Shown in pieces: positions 21,624 to 34,707 of a stretch of DNA of 34,833 nucleotides. The stretch comes from Intoshia linei (taxonomy: Eukaryota; Animalia; Orthonectida). Location of the stretch: contig LWCA01000277.1 of the NCBI GenBank assembly GCA_001642005.1, positions 1 to 34,833 of the forward strand, given 5' to 3'. Position numbers and translations under genes: made by a program. The notes beneath the pieces are model-generated. The model made no database searches, was not told the DNA's origin, and saw only the letters and a list, made by a program, of their open reading frames with translations. The first letter of the stretch is position 1; each line of letters begins with the position of its first letter.

Positions 21624-24600
21624 ATGCAAAAACTTACACCCCTAGTGTGTATTCTTGATTGATAAATCATTTTGTTTGATTTAAGACAATTATCATGATA
21701 GTGATAGTGTCCACTTTTGTCTTGTTTATATCTCATTTATTTCTATTACATAAACCAGGGATGGCAAACCTTTTTTTGATGCGATCGACTTTTTCAATGA
21801 GTGGATTGACTAGAAAAATGTTTATGATCGGAACCTATGTTAAAAATTAATAAGTATGATTGTAGAAAATATAAAAATTAATAGAGATCATTTTAATGAC
21901 GAGTATTATTAATATAAAAAATTAATTCTAATTTTTTAATTTTGGCGATTGATTAGAAAATTATCCTCTAACGACGGGTTGGGCATCCCTGACATAAACT
22001 ATTATTGTAATTTTGACAAATTTCTTTTAATTGTTATTTTTTTGCAAAAATTATAATTACATAGATGCATAATTAAATATTATATTTAATTTAGCAAGAA
22101 GATGATGAAGAAATAGAAACTATCCAAGTAGTAAAAACACAAACCAAAAAATCAAAAAAACCCACTAAAAAAGTAGCTGAAAAAAAAGATGACCCTTTTG
22201 CTGATTTTATAAATGTCTCTAATGATCCAGATTCCAATATTGACATTACTAAACAAAAAAAACTGGAGAAAAAAAAACTCCAGAAAATGAAAAAATTAGA
22301 GTCAGCCAACGTACCAACAGAAAAGATTGTTAAAAAAGGTTGAATTTAAAAATATTTCAATATTATTTTAATTGCAGAACCCACCAAGAAGAAAGTTGAT
22401 AATAAATTAAAAAAGAAACCAGTTACCGCGCAAGTTAAAGAAATGCAAAGAATGCTCCAATTAAAAAAAGATGAAGAAGAAAGAATAAAAAATGAACATT
22501 TGGAATTGGTACGATTGGCTGCAGAAGAGGAAATTAGAATTGTTGAAGAGGTTTTCTTTATACTTTATATGTACCACATTTATCAAAATTAAGGAAAAAC
22601 TCGCTGCTGAAAGAAGGGAACGTGAAAAAATTAAAAAGCGAGAAAAAATTGAACAACAAAAAAAAGACGGTACATTTTTAACTGATAAACAAAAGAAACA
22701 GAAAAAGTTACTGCAAGCTAGATTGGATGGTTTTAAGGAGGCTGGTATACATTTGTTTTAAAATTTATTTTTTTCATTGTTTACATTTTGAATTTGTAGG
22801 AATGAATGTTCCCGAAATTAAAGATTCATGTGATAAAACAGAAAATAAACCTTTTCCAAAATACTCTTCTAAAAATAAACACAAAAAAAAGAAAAATATA
22901 GCTAATGTGATTATTGCAACCTCGGAATTAAAAATTACGGAATGTGAAAAAAATATCCCTGATCAAAATGAAAACACTTTAAAGGAAAAATGTGAGGATG
23001 ACGCGTTATCCAGTACTGTGGATGAAACAGAATGGGAATGTGTCAAGGAAAGGTGGGATGAAGATTTAGATATTGATGGATTTGAGAAAATTGAAGATGT
23101 TAAAGATTCTGATGAAAATAAAGACAATTCTATTAATAGTTCTGTTATTATTGTAGATCAAAGTGATTGTGTTTTGGAATCTAAAGAACCTGAAACTATT
23201 GAAGTGGTCGAAGAAAATGTGTCATTGCGTAATTTTTATATAAATTTTCAATAAGTCTATATTTATGATGCCATTTTAGGGGATTTAAAATAAATTATAG
23301 TTTTTCTGTGTCAAATATTTTCTTATATTGGATTTTAAAAGTTTAATAAATGTGGGTCAAATTTAATTTAGGATTTTAAATTGTCCATTTCCCTGCCAAA
23401 TTATCTTATAATATTAAATGAGATTACTGCAAATATAGTAATATTTTATTTAAAAATTTAGCAAAATGTTTACGTCCCGGTAAAAACCATATTTCGGGAC
23501 ATGCTGCAATGTCTGTTGAAGAAAGAGTACAATTTAGACGTGAAACTGATGAAAAGAATATTTCTAAAACTAATTTAAGATCACCCATTGTTTGTGTTTT
23601 AGGCCATGTTGACACTGGAAAAACTAAGTTGCTGGATAAGGTATATGGTTAATTGTTTTCAATATTAAATATGTATTTTAGTTATATTATTTTAGATGAG
23701 ACGCACCAAAGTTCAGGAAGGAGAAGCTGGTGGTATAACTCAGCAGATTGGAGCGACAAATGTTCCTCTTTCTTCTATTATAAAGCAAATTTCAATGGTT
23801 AACAATTTAAGTGAAATCAACATTCCAGGATTGTTGATTATCGATACGCCCGGCCACGAATCTTTTAGGTAATTTAGTAAATATTAAATACAAAAATTAT
23901 TTATTTTACGTTGATGTTTTAGGCTGTGCTTGGGCCGTAGCAATAAATAGATATATAAATTGTTTCATGTATGTGAATCAATACATTTCATTTCTAACTT
24001 ATATCGAAAAAATAATAAATTCTAATTAAATGACGGTGATTTCTAGATAATTAAATTCACTTTCTATTCTTTTCACGATTCAGGTTTTACGCCTGGGTCG
24101 TAGTAATAAATAGATATATAAATTGGATTTCATTTGTTAGTAATGAAATATAACATTTGATATCACGAAGTTTCTATTTTTTTCACGTTACAAAAAAAAG
24201 TCTGTACCGTAGTAATGAATAGATATAGTGATTATTTTTTCACTATATTAAAATGATAAATTTTATATATTAACCAATTCATCAGTCTGATGAGAACAGA
24301 TTCGGTTCAGGGTTAAAAAATTTAATTTACAAATTTAGCGTACTCCACGTGCAATTTTTATATCGCACATGCTGCTAAATTTGTGTGATCTGAACAGTTT
24401 TAAACTTGTAATTGTTTTTTTCAGTGCTTATAACAACGTGTACTCGATGGTTTTCATGTTACTTTAACATCTTTCCAAGATGATCTTATATAATACAATG
24501 TGTTCTATTCTTTTCACGATTCAGGTTTTACGCCTGAGTCGTAGTAATAAATAGATATATAAATTGTATTTCATTTGTTAGTAATGAAATGTAACATTTT

Positions 24601-27126
24601 ATATCACGAAGTTTCTATTTTTTTCACATTACAGACAAAAGTCTGTACCGTAGTAATGAATAGATATACTAATTATTTTTTTTACTATATAAAAAAATTG
24701 CATTTTAATTTAATTTTAATTTTTTACTCTGAAAAATGTTTTATTAGTTTTATTTGTAACTAACATTTTAGTAATCTTCGAAACCGTGGATCGTCTTTAT
24801 GTGATATTGCAATCTTAGTGGTTGATATAATGCATGGATTAGAACCACAAACTAAAGAATCAATCCATTTATTGAAAAATAAAAAAATTCCGTTTGTTAT
24901 TGCTCTAAATAAAGTTAATTTGTCGTTGATTTTTTAAATTTGGTGTCATAGGTTGATAGAATATATGGTTGGAAATCAAACGCTCGTGCAGATATTGTGG
25001 ATGTAATAAATTCCCAGCCACAAGTGGCTTCAAGAGAATTTAGAAAGCTTTGCAATCAAGTCATTGCTGAATTATCTGGAGAGGTTCAATTTACTGATAT
25101 AATCATTATCTTAAGGTTCGTATAACGTTTAAAAATTTAGGAATTAAACACCATCTTATTTTACGAAAACACAAACACGCGAGAATTTATTTCCATTGTT
25201 CCTACATCTGCTCATTCTGGAGACGGGATAGGCAATTTGATTGCTTTAATTTGTTCACTGACTCAAACTTTTTTAAATAAAGCTATTCGATTTCGTGAAG
25301 AATTGGAAGCTACTGTTATGGAAGTTCAAAACGTTCAAGGTTTTGGAATGACTTTAGATGTCATAATGGTTAATGGTAAAATTTGCGAAGGAGACAACGT
25401 TGTTATTGCTGCCTCGGATGGATCTGTACATACTCACGTTAAAGCAATTTTAACTCCACAGCCAATGAAGGAACTTCGAATTAAGGTTGATTTGTTAGAT
25501 ACTTTAAATATTATTTATATTAGAGCACATATATTCATCATAAAGAACTTGTCGCTGCACACGGTATGAAACTAGTGTGCCGAAACGTTGAAAATGCCGT
25601 TCCAGGAATGCCACTTTATCTAGCACACTATGAAGATGAAATACCGTATTATAAAAAACAACTTGACACACTTTTGAAATCTGTTCTTTCTTCTTATAAA
25701 TTACAAGAAAAGGGAGTTTTCGTTCAAGCCTCTACATTAGGATCATTGGAGGCATTGTTACAATTTTTACGGACTTCGAAAATCCCTTATGCTGGTATAT
25801 CAATTGGAACTGTTTACAAGAAGGACGTCATTAAAGCTTCTGTCATGACAGAAAGAGCTCCCAAATGGGCAATGATATTAGCTTTTGATGTTATGGTGGA
25901 ACCAGCAGCTTCTGAATTGGCTGGGAAATTGGGAGTCAAATTGTTTTGTGCTGATATTATATACCATTTGTTTGATAGATTCATTGAATACCAAAAAATG
26001 TGGTTAGAGCGAGAAAAAGCAAAAGTTGTGCATTTAGCCATTTTCCCGTGCAAATTGGCAATTTTACCAAATTGTATATTTAACAAACGCCAACCTTTAA
26101 TAATTGGTGTTGTAGTCGAAGAAGGTTCTCTTCGCAAGAATACACCACTTATGGCTTTATCTAAGGATAATGGGGTAATTTTCATCTTATGTTAATTTTA
26201 TATTTTTTTTAGCTTATTCACGTTGGAATTGTGATGAGTATAGAAATAAACCATAAAGATATTCCTGTTGCTACCGTGGGAATGGAGGTGTGCATTAAAA
26301 TTTACCCTAAATCTGGACAAACTCCTGAATTATACGGTCGCCATTTTGCTCATCCTGATTCATTGTACAGCAAGGTATTGTAAATTTTAATGTAATTAGT
26401 AATATTCGGCTCGGCGTATTGTCTACACCCCTCACCCAAATACATTTTAAATGTTTTCTAATTTTTATAAATGTATTATATTTGCATTAGTGATAGTTTG
26501 GTAATTTGTAGCTTAGTACTATTTTAATAATGGCACGATGTTGAGCTATATAAATTTTTTAATAGTTTTATTGAATTTTATTAAAAACTCTTTTCAAAAT
26601 AGTAAAATAAAATCATTTCTTAATTTTATAGGGTTTATTTTATTTAAAAAATGTAGAGACTGGGTTTTTTACCCTGAAGGACTCAATTTATGAAAATTGA
26701 ACTTGCACAAAAACATCACTGGCAAAACTGTATTATAAAATGCAATTTTTTAAATTCTATAGAACATTTAATTTTTTAATTAATTGGCAACATACATTCA
26801 ATTTTATACATCTGTAAAGACTCACTAGTATAGACACAAAAAACCAATTTAAGTAAACTATTAAATGAACACGATTGTAAAGGTTTACTTGGTCCAACCA
26901 AACCCGTCCGCACACGTTGCATGGTCTAATTATTAGTCTCATCTCATATAAATGTAAATATCTGGTTTTTGTTGAGACGTGGATATTTTAATTAGTTGTA
27001 CTTATACAATTTTTTTAGATTACTCGAGAATCTATAGACGTTTTGAAAGAATTTTATAGAGATGAAATGAAAAAAGCTGATTGGGTACTTACTCGAAAAT
27101 TAAAAACTTTGTACAAAATTATTTAA
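21624..27126 (+). CDS. EIF5B: Eukaryotic translation initiation factor 5B
   Basis: Exons 22095-22338, 22378-22550, 22594-22744, 22800-23228, 23462-23640 ([17 protein letters not shown]), 23696-23868 ([21 protein letters not shown]), 24772-24913 (..ALNK), 24952-25083, 25141-25485 (PTSAHSGDG), 25524-26174 ([19 protein letters not shown]), 26213-26374 and 27019-27126 (stop). The 5' micro-exons 21624-21648 and 21686-21708 are tentative. Confidence 0.96.
21756..21991. mobile_element. hAT MITE with perfect 8-bp TSD
   Basis: TIRs CAGGGATGGCAAACC and GGTTGGGCATCCCTG; TSD ACATAAAC at 21748-21755 and 21992-21999. Confidence 0.9.
24062..24690. repeat. ~187-bp direct repeat pair in an eIF5B intron
   Basis: 24062-24248 is closely similar to 24503-24690. 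The sub-motif CGTAGYAATRAATAGATATA occurs five times from about 23935. Confidence 0.85.
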
Positions 27127-27173
27127 TTAAATTTTTTCATGTTTTTTATTCAATTTAATATACTTATGTAGAT

Positions 27174-28095
27174 TAGAGTGTCCCAATTTAACATTTTTGT
27201 TTGAAATTCAAAAAATATTTTGGACTGTATGTCCCATTTTGTATACAATGTAAGGTGTCGCTTTTAATTTATAATTTAATCTCAATCTGGTCAGGCGAAG
27301 TACGAAAATTTTATTTTAAAAAAAATAATAAATTTAAACGAATATAAGTTTATTTTCATGGATTAAAAGTCAATATTTTATCATATTAAAAACATAATGT
27401 ATCTTTATGGTGATATAATTAGATAAAAATTATAATTGTTATATTTTTTTATACACATTTGTTCCAATTTTTCATCAGATGAAATAATCATCCATGCATT
27501 TTAAACCCGTTCTGCTATTTCGATTGTGTACGAAATTTTTAGCCTTCTGCTCAAAGTGTTTTTGCGGAGCCAATGCTTGTTCAAACATTTATCTACAGTT
27601 GGATAATTTAATAGAAATTCTGCTTCTAAGGAATCCCATTCTGCAAATGTTTAAAATCTGCATGTAAACCAACATTTACATTTACAACTGTTACAAACAA
27701 AAATGGAATATTGGGCGAATTTGTATTAACTTGAAAAACAGTATAAAAAACATGTTTAAGTATAAGCTCTAATATATGAAACCGACAACCTTCGTATGTA
27801 AACTCTGGAAAAATCTGTTTCAAATAAGTTATTACTCCCTGATGAATACCGGTGTTGGAGCTTTTTGTGTCGCAAATCACCATTGATATTTTATTATTTT
27901 TATTAAATAACTCCAAACATTTAGAATTTATTGGTATATGGTAAGACCCTTACTATTATTTAATGACCGTAAAGCAATAAGTATTGTATTGTATTGTAAT
28001 TGAATAATTTTCTCCAGAAATACAAACAGCCAGTTTCTCAGTTATATGGCCGTCATATCTAATTATTCTTTTGCCGTCAAAATGTAAACATCACC
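27174..28095 (-). mobile_element. hATm-like element remnant
   Basis: Terminus TAGAGTGTCCCAA at 27174. Transposase motifs LHFDGKR and ICDTKSSNTG..GCRFHILEL. Confidence 0.65.
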
Positions 28096-28304
28096 ATGAT
28101 ACATATTTTTTAAATACGCAATTTTTCGCGTATGCACTGAAATCCATCCTTACTACGTGTACATTAATTTTCAAAACATAATTTCTAATCGATGTAATAC
28201 TTATCGGTAGTACTTATTTAGATCAAACATTTTATAATAATTATGTTATAATATACAAAAGATATGACGATAAATATAAAATTTTGACAATTATTATAAT
28301 GTTA

Positions 28305-28508
28305 TGATCAACCCTGTATATGAACATGAAGGGATCAGGTTTTGATAATGTTCATACTATACTGTAATATGAACATATATGCATGGCGATAATAATATAA
28401 TTAAAAGTTTCGAAATGTCCAATTAATGTTTGTTCAAACAAAATTGTCTTGTTCATATTGATCTGAGTTCATATTCTAGTATGTTCATATAGAACAGAAT
28501 TGACAGTA
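28305..28508. mobile_element. TA-ended MITE-like element
   Basis: Inverted TATATGAACAT / ATGTTCATATA subterminal motifs, with several internal copies. Confidence 0.45.
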
Positions 28509-28797
28509 TATAATATTTATAAATTATAATTAATGAAATAAAATATAAAGATTGATTGAGATAGGGCAAATTTGAACATGTGTTGTGTAAGGTTCATTAA
28601 GCATCAAGTTTACTATGAGTGCATAAAAATAAACATTACAACATGTATACTAATAGTGTAAATAAATACAATTAATTTGTTTAAGTATTTGTATGTAAAA
28701 CATTCACTGTAATTTGTAACAATATCATATTGAATAAGTAAAATTTGTTTTTGGTTATAAAAATATCAATAAATCATTCCAATGTCAAAAGATACAA

Positions 28798-31700
28798 ATG
28801 CTACTATTGATACATTTAAACATTATATTGGTATTACATAATTTTAACACTTTGACAAGTTTAATAATGGTATTTTTTTATTGTGGCAATATGTAACATT
28901 ACATTGTACGTTAGATAAACAAATGTAACGTTGATGATAAAAATTTTTATGTGAACGAATTAAAGGACAGTGAAAATAAAAAAGTGCATAGAGAAAATTC
29001 TAATCCGGTAAAATCTAAAGGATCAATTTCGTCACTTATTCAAGATTATGGAAATAAAATTACACTACTCGAAAAAAAGAATCATGATTATATTGAAATT
29101 ATACAGAGTATATTTCAAGTTTTATTTTATAGAATAGTATTTTATAGAATTGTATATATTTTTTTATCGTATATATATCATTTTTGAACTATAACTAGAT
29201 ATATTGGGCATATAAGAGATGTTGAGATTTTTGAATTGATACGACATGTAATAAATATAGATTTCATTATAACGGCTGAATTAACATGACAAAAATAGCA
29301 ACTGTCATTTTTAAATTTCAAAATACATTGTATTTTTAAAAGGTATAATACCTGGAATACGTACAGTTTTCAGGTAATGATTCATTTCGGTAAATCATAT
29401 AAAATCGGTAATTAATAAATACAATGAAATTTCTGTACTGAAAACACATTAAATTATTTAGATTACGATTCATCCAATTTACACGCCAAAAACATTTTAC
29501 TGCATCATGGTTATGATTCAAATATTTTGGATTTAACTATTGATGATCAAATTTTATACTTTATAAAAGAAAAAGAAAAGTGGGACAGTGAAAATTTTAA
29601 AGAATTTGTAAATTTCACTTTATAAGTTATATAATTAATAATTTTATTATGTAATTGGTGTATGAAATTATAATTATTATATGATATATGAATTAGGAAC
29701 AAGAAATAAACAAAAAAAATTCAAAAATATCACAATATGAATCTACTATTCAAAAATTGGAAGTAACCCATTATATTTTAATTAAAAGTATATGCACTAA
29801 ATTTTTAAATTCAATATTCAAAAAAGTTTACAACTATCCATATTTATTTAATTTTTAACATTTATTTGAACAAATTTAATTTTTTGGTATATAAAATTAA
29901 AAATAAGATGCATTTAATAATAACAAAATTTGTAAAATATATCGGAAAAGCTCACGATTAACAGAGCTAGCTACTGTTTGTACAAAGTACATAACATGGA
30001 AGCTACTAACATAATATATTACACTAGAATTACTGTGGCATCACTTATTAAAATTGAATTTTTTTGTGTGTGTCAACAGGATACAGCTGAACCACCTGTA
30101 AAGTTTTTTAAATTCTAGGGCCGTTTTCATTAAAAAAAAGGGGTAATTTGTGGTTTTGGCCCTGAAGATATATTTTTTTTAAATTTAAATTAATGTTAAT
30201 ATTTTTGATTTTAAAAGGCGTGCATTTATCGCGTCAGTATTTTTTTTATTGATTTGTCAGCATTGGTGATGGTTTGTCAGTAGAAACATTGATTTTTCAA
30301 TATTGTAGATGGTTTGTCAGTATTTTAGGTGCCAATTTATAAGGTGTCGGTATAAATAATTGATTGTCAGTATTTAAATTGGAAGGGCAGTAAAAAAATT
30401 ATTTTGTCAGTACTTTACATATGCTGTCAGTATTTAAATTGAATGTTCTGTATAAAATGAAACTAACAAAAAATTTTATTTCATATAAAAAAATATTCTC
30501 TGGTGTGAACACCATAGAATATTTCTAATTTTTTTGTAATTTGGTTTGTAGGTATAATATGGTATCTTAATAGTTTAGTTTTAACTTAAGTCTGTAGTTG
30601 ATGATATATTTTTTTAAAAACTAGATTTTTAATTAATATACTAACAAAAATCATCAAACTTACAATATAATTTTTTTACTGACAAAATATTATTTTATTG
30701 TGTTTTTTTTTATACTTTTTTGTTGAGTTAATTACATTTTTCGATGAATACTGATCTAGTTAATTTATTTACTGACAAAAATGCAATTATGTATTGACTA
30801 GAAAGCAATTAAAAACTGACAAATATGTAATTGAATACTGAAAAAATACTTTTTATTACTGATATTTTAGTGTGTATATTGATAATTTTATGTTAAAAAT
30901 ACAGAAAATTTTTTATTAAAAAATGTCAGTATTTTAATTCAATACTGAAAAATTAATTAATCGCCATTTTAAAATCAGTATCAGAGTGTATATTTTTTAA
31001 ATTCTCGAACTCGTTTGATTTTCAAAAAAAAAACAATTGGGCTTTTTGACCCGTAAGATATGATTTTGGAGGTTAAAATTTATTTTGCTAAACCCAGAGA
31101 AAAAAACTGTAATTGAAATGTTGACTTTATAAAATTCTAAGACTGGTAGTTATTAAAATAAACGGTAACACAAACAGACAAACAAAGCATATTATATAAA
31201 TAAGGATTATTAATAATAATATGGCAAAATTGTGGGTCGTATAACTATTAAATACAACAAATTTTAGTCCAAATAAACGAAAAGTGATAGTACGTATTTT
31301 TCTGGCCCCTTTAATTTATTACGTTGTTTATAAAATTTTTTTATAAAAACTAGTAACTTCGATTTAATCTTTTGCTATAAAATTTATAATTTATTATCAG
31401 TGTGCCGTTAAAAAGTGTGGCAAACCTGAGTTAAACAATTATAATTTTATTTTTCTTATGTATAAAAATGAACAATTTAATTTAGAATATTATTAAAAAT
31501 GGAAACAATTCAAATTCAGTCAGGTTAAATTTCAAATTTGATTTTATTTAACAAATATAATACTTACTTATTACACATATTTAATAATAATAATAATAAA
31601 TTATTAGTCAAATAAATATAATAGTCAAATATAATAAACGAGTTTGGTTCACTACAAGAATTTTTTTGTACGCCGTATAAATGAATAAAAATTATAAAAT

Positions 31701-34700
31701 ATTTATTTAAATAGTAATTACAATTGGTAGTGGTATCAATTTCTGTTTTAATATAATTTGTTGTAAAGTTTCACGAGATTATAATTCTCATCGTATAATC
31801 TTACGTATAATACATCATAGTGTTGTGACGGCAAAAGGAGTATTTCGTGTTAAAAGTACATACTTGAGGTTTTTTTAACTCACTTTAAAAAAATACAAGA
31901 AATAGATTCCATTGAGTAAGCAAAATTCACTTGCACAATTAATATTGTTCAATCAATAGAAAACCTTGATAAAAATCTTACCATTTTTTACATAAAGTTA
32001 AATAATTTTGTTTTAAACTTCAATTGGATGTCACATTAAAAATATAAAGTCACGTATAAATGACTACGTAAATAAATTTTTAACAGTGAAATCAATTAAT
32101 TATTAGTTATGATAATAAGATATTTACACGGAGAACACAACTAAACCAATTGATTATACTGGTAGTCATTTGGCAGTATCCAGCGGACATTAATGGGTCA
32201 ATAGACTAACACCTTAATAAGATATTAAGCTCAGTTAAACTGTTTTAAGTACGTTGAAGTAATTAACTAGTCATTTATTGAAGTAGTTTAAGTAAATTTT
32301 TTTATTACCACAAGTTTTTTGGACTAGCTTTTTTAAAGTTTTATTATTGGCATCTATCTGTTATCATAATACTTATTTTAGATACAAGAGATTGACATCT
32401 GAATTAAAAAATGAGATTTCAAATTTAAAAGATATTATTTCAAAAAATAATGAAACCATTGAAAGGCAAATCTTATATTATACTAGCTTATGGTATTATG
32501 TACCATAATGTCGTAGACCTTGGCCGTTATGTACTTCGTACAAACAGCAGATGGCTCTGCCGAGGGCCTAATTTTTTAATTAATTATAAGCAATAAGTTA
32601 TATTCTTTTAAAAATCCAATATATATACAACCCTAAAAATGGTCATAAATGACATAATTCAATAAAAAATATAATTTTAAATAATATGCAGGATACACAA
32701 TTTTATTAAATTGTGTATTATAATTTATAAGTTATCAAACTTTAATTAATTAGAAAAGAAAAAAGAATTAAAACGATTGAAAAAAGCTTCAAAGACAACG
32801 AAAAAATCCATATAATTCAAATAAAAAAAAACATCAATAGTGTAACATAATTTATTATAAAAATATTCAATTAAGTCATTCATTGATGGTTGAACCGTCT
32901 CAAAATTCATTTTTTTTTAAAGAAGCTTTCCATATTTGAGAATACATTTGGCGAACTGTCAGTTGAGTGACACTCATTTGAGCATTACACCTTGGAGCTA
33001 AATAATCATAGATTTTGCTAATTGATCATCTTATTGATTTTTGGACCAAATTTTTGTGGGTTCCATTAAAAAAATTTGAAAATAATGTAAGTACCAAAAT
33101 TTGTTTGGATTTTTATTGGAAATTTTTAAATTTTTTTATTAAAATTTTGTAGGATTTTTAAGGTTTTCAAAATCTCACTCACAAATATTCAATGTTTACA
33201 AGTAGAGATGAGGAAACTGATGCAAAATGTGCATTGCACAATTGTGTTTTTTTTAAAATTTGAACTAAAAAAAATATAGATATCATCATTTGAACGAAAA
33301 CTAGAATATGATGATAAAAAAATAAATGAAATGGAAAAATATAAACGTGAGATAAAAGACAAAATAAAATCATATGATGAAATGATTAATGATTTAAAAG
33401 TCGATAAAAAAAATATGCTTGAACAACTAAATGAAAAAAACAGTGAAAATGACAACTTGGAAAAATTGTTGGAGATTGAATCTCAAAAAAGCATAAAACT
33501 ATCCAAAATTTTGGCTGACACTAATCAATCAATGAATGACTACATTTTAAAATTTAATAAAACCACAAGTGTAATAGAAGATTATGAAACTCAAATATTA
33601 GAGTTAAAAAAAACAAATATTGAATATAAAACATTTAATGATAAAAATGGTAATATTATTGACAATTTAAAACAAATCATCACTTCAAATAATGTAAAAA
33701 GTGAACAGCAACAAACTGAAAATATTCAATTAAAAAAAATTGCACAAGATTTAGATGATGATAAAAAATTGATTTTGAAAAATAGCCAAGTTTATCAGGT
33801 TTCATATAGTTAATTCATATTTAGATGAAAATGTATTACAAGTCTATGCATTAATGTTATTCATATTAATATTAATCATTAAGGTTTTTGGAATATTGAA
33901 TATTCAATTATTTAGATAAATCAAGAAAATATTATTAAGGAACTCTTTGAAAAAGATAGGCAAAATAATGATCACATCTCCATGTTATCTCAAAAATCAG
34001 ATGTTATTTTAGAATTAAGAAAGAAATATAATAAAAACAAAAATGTTTTGACTGGCAATAAAAAGGTTTATTTTATTTTTAATTTTAGCTTAAGTTTCGT
34101 TTACAGTTTTGTTAATAGGAAATTGATAAACTGCAATGTATTATATTAAAGACAGAGCAAGATTTAAAAGAACAGTTATATCTGAAAGAGAATTTATCAC
34201 AGGAAGTTAATCGTTTAAATTTAATAATAGAAGCTAAAACTTCCGAATTGTCAAAAGTAATATATTTATTGTGTAGTTTAAAAGTATTTATTATAATGAT
34301 AGCACTAACTATTATTTGTACTACATTATAAATTGTAAAATAGTCTGATATGTTCAGCATGTATATGTGACTTTCAATGAAATTAATGAATCTGCTTTGA
34401 CTGGCTCAAGTTTTTTTGAAAAAAAATAATTTTAAAAATGTGAAATTTTTTATAATATTTTTTTAGAATATCGAGAAACAAGAAAGTATTATAAAAGATT
34501 TCGATATTTTAAAATGCAAAAAAATAAAATTGGAAAGTGATTTGAATAGCGTATAAACGAAATTATGTAGTTTTTTCAATTTTTTAATTATAATTATAGA
34601 TGAAACAAATTTTTAAAGAAAAGGTAAAAAGTTTAGACGTTGATAATGAAAAAACAAAAAACGAAAATGATGAATTATTCAATAAATTGACTTATTTAAA

Positions 34701-34707
34701 TGAAAAA
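28798..34707 (+). CDS. Orphan coiled-coil protein, multi-exon, 3'-incomplete
   Basis: Phase-consistent exons 28798-28830 (tentative), 28915-29118, 31486-31523, 32382-32465 (GC donor), 32754-32841, 33280-33798, 33916-34065, 34119-34256, 34467-34550 and 34600-34707. The sequence is K/E/N/L-rich and heptad-like. Confidence 0.7.
30024..31206 (-). mobile_element. Non-autonomous Helitron-like element
   Basis: The minus strand starts A|TCCTTATTTATATAATATGCTTTGTTTGTCTGTTTGT (5' TC plus GTCT/GTTT microsatellite) and ends GTGATGCCAC..CTAG|T. Confidence 0.5.
30206..30988. mobile_element. Foldback-like element with arrays of inverted subterminal repeats
   Basis: About 8 TGTCAGYA-like motifs at 30230-30435 are mirrored by TACTGA(C) motifs at 30675-30950. 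Outer IR TGATTTTAAAAGGCG / CGCCATTTTAAAATCA. Confidence 0.65.
32483..32660 (-). repeat. Helitron-like 3' end, copy 2
   Basis: Same family as 6829-6990. A third copy in the opposite orientation lies at 29974-30007. Confidence 0.5.

Noticed and set aside
24279-24320. Hammerhead ribozyme (CTGATGA plus stem)
   Set aside because: The GAAA core after stem II is absent, and CTGATGA is half of a local palindrome.
25814-26185. Antisense ORFs (also 8917-9123, 12052-12255, 14775-14969, 17042-17281, 18390-18686, 22091-22309, 23424-23615, 33179-33455, 34112-34360)
   Set aside because: They are shadows of coding sequence on the opposite strand.
29270-29700. Transposase C-terminal remnant
   Set aside because: Only a weak resemblance (KWDSENFKEFVNF); not assignable.
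30230-30950. CRISPR-like array
   Set aside because: The repeats are 8-10 nt, irregular and inverted, in a eukaryotic intron with no cas genes.
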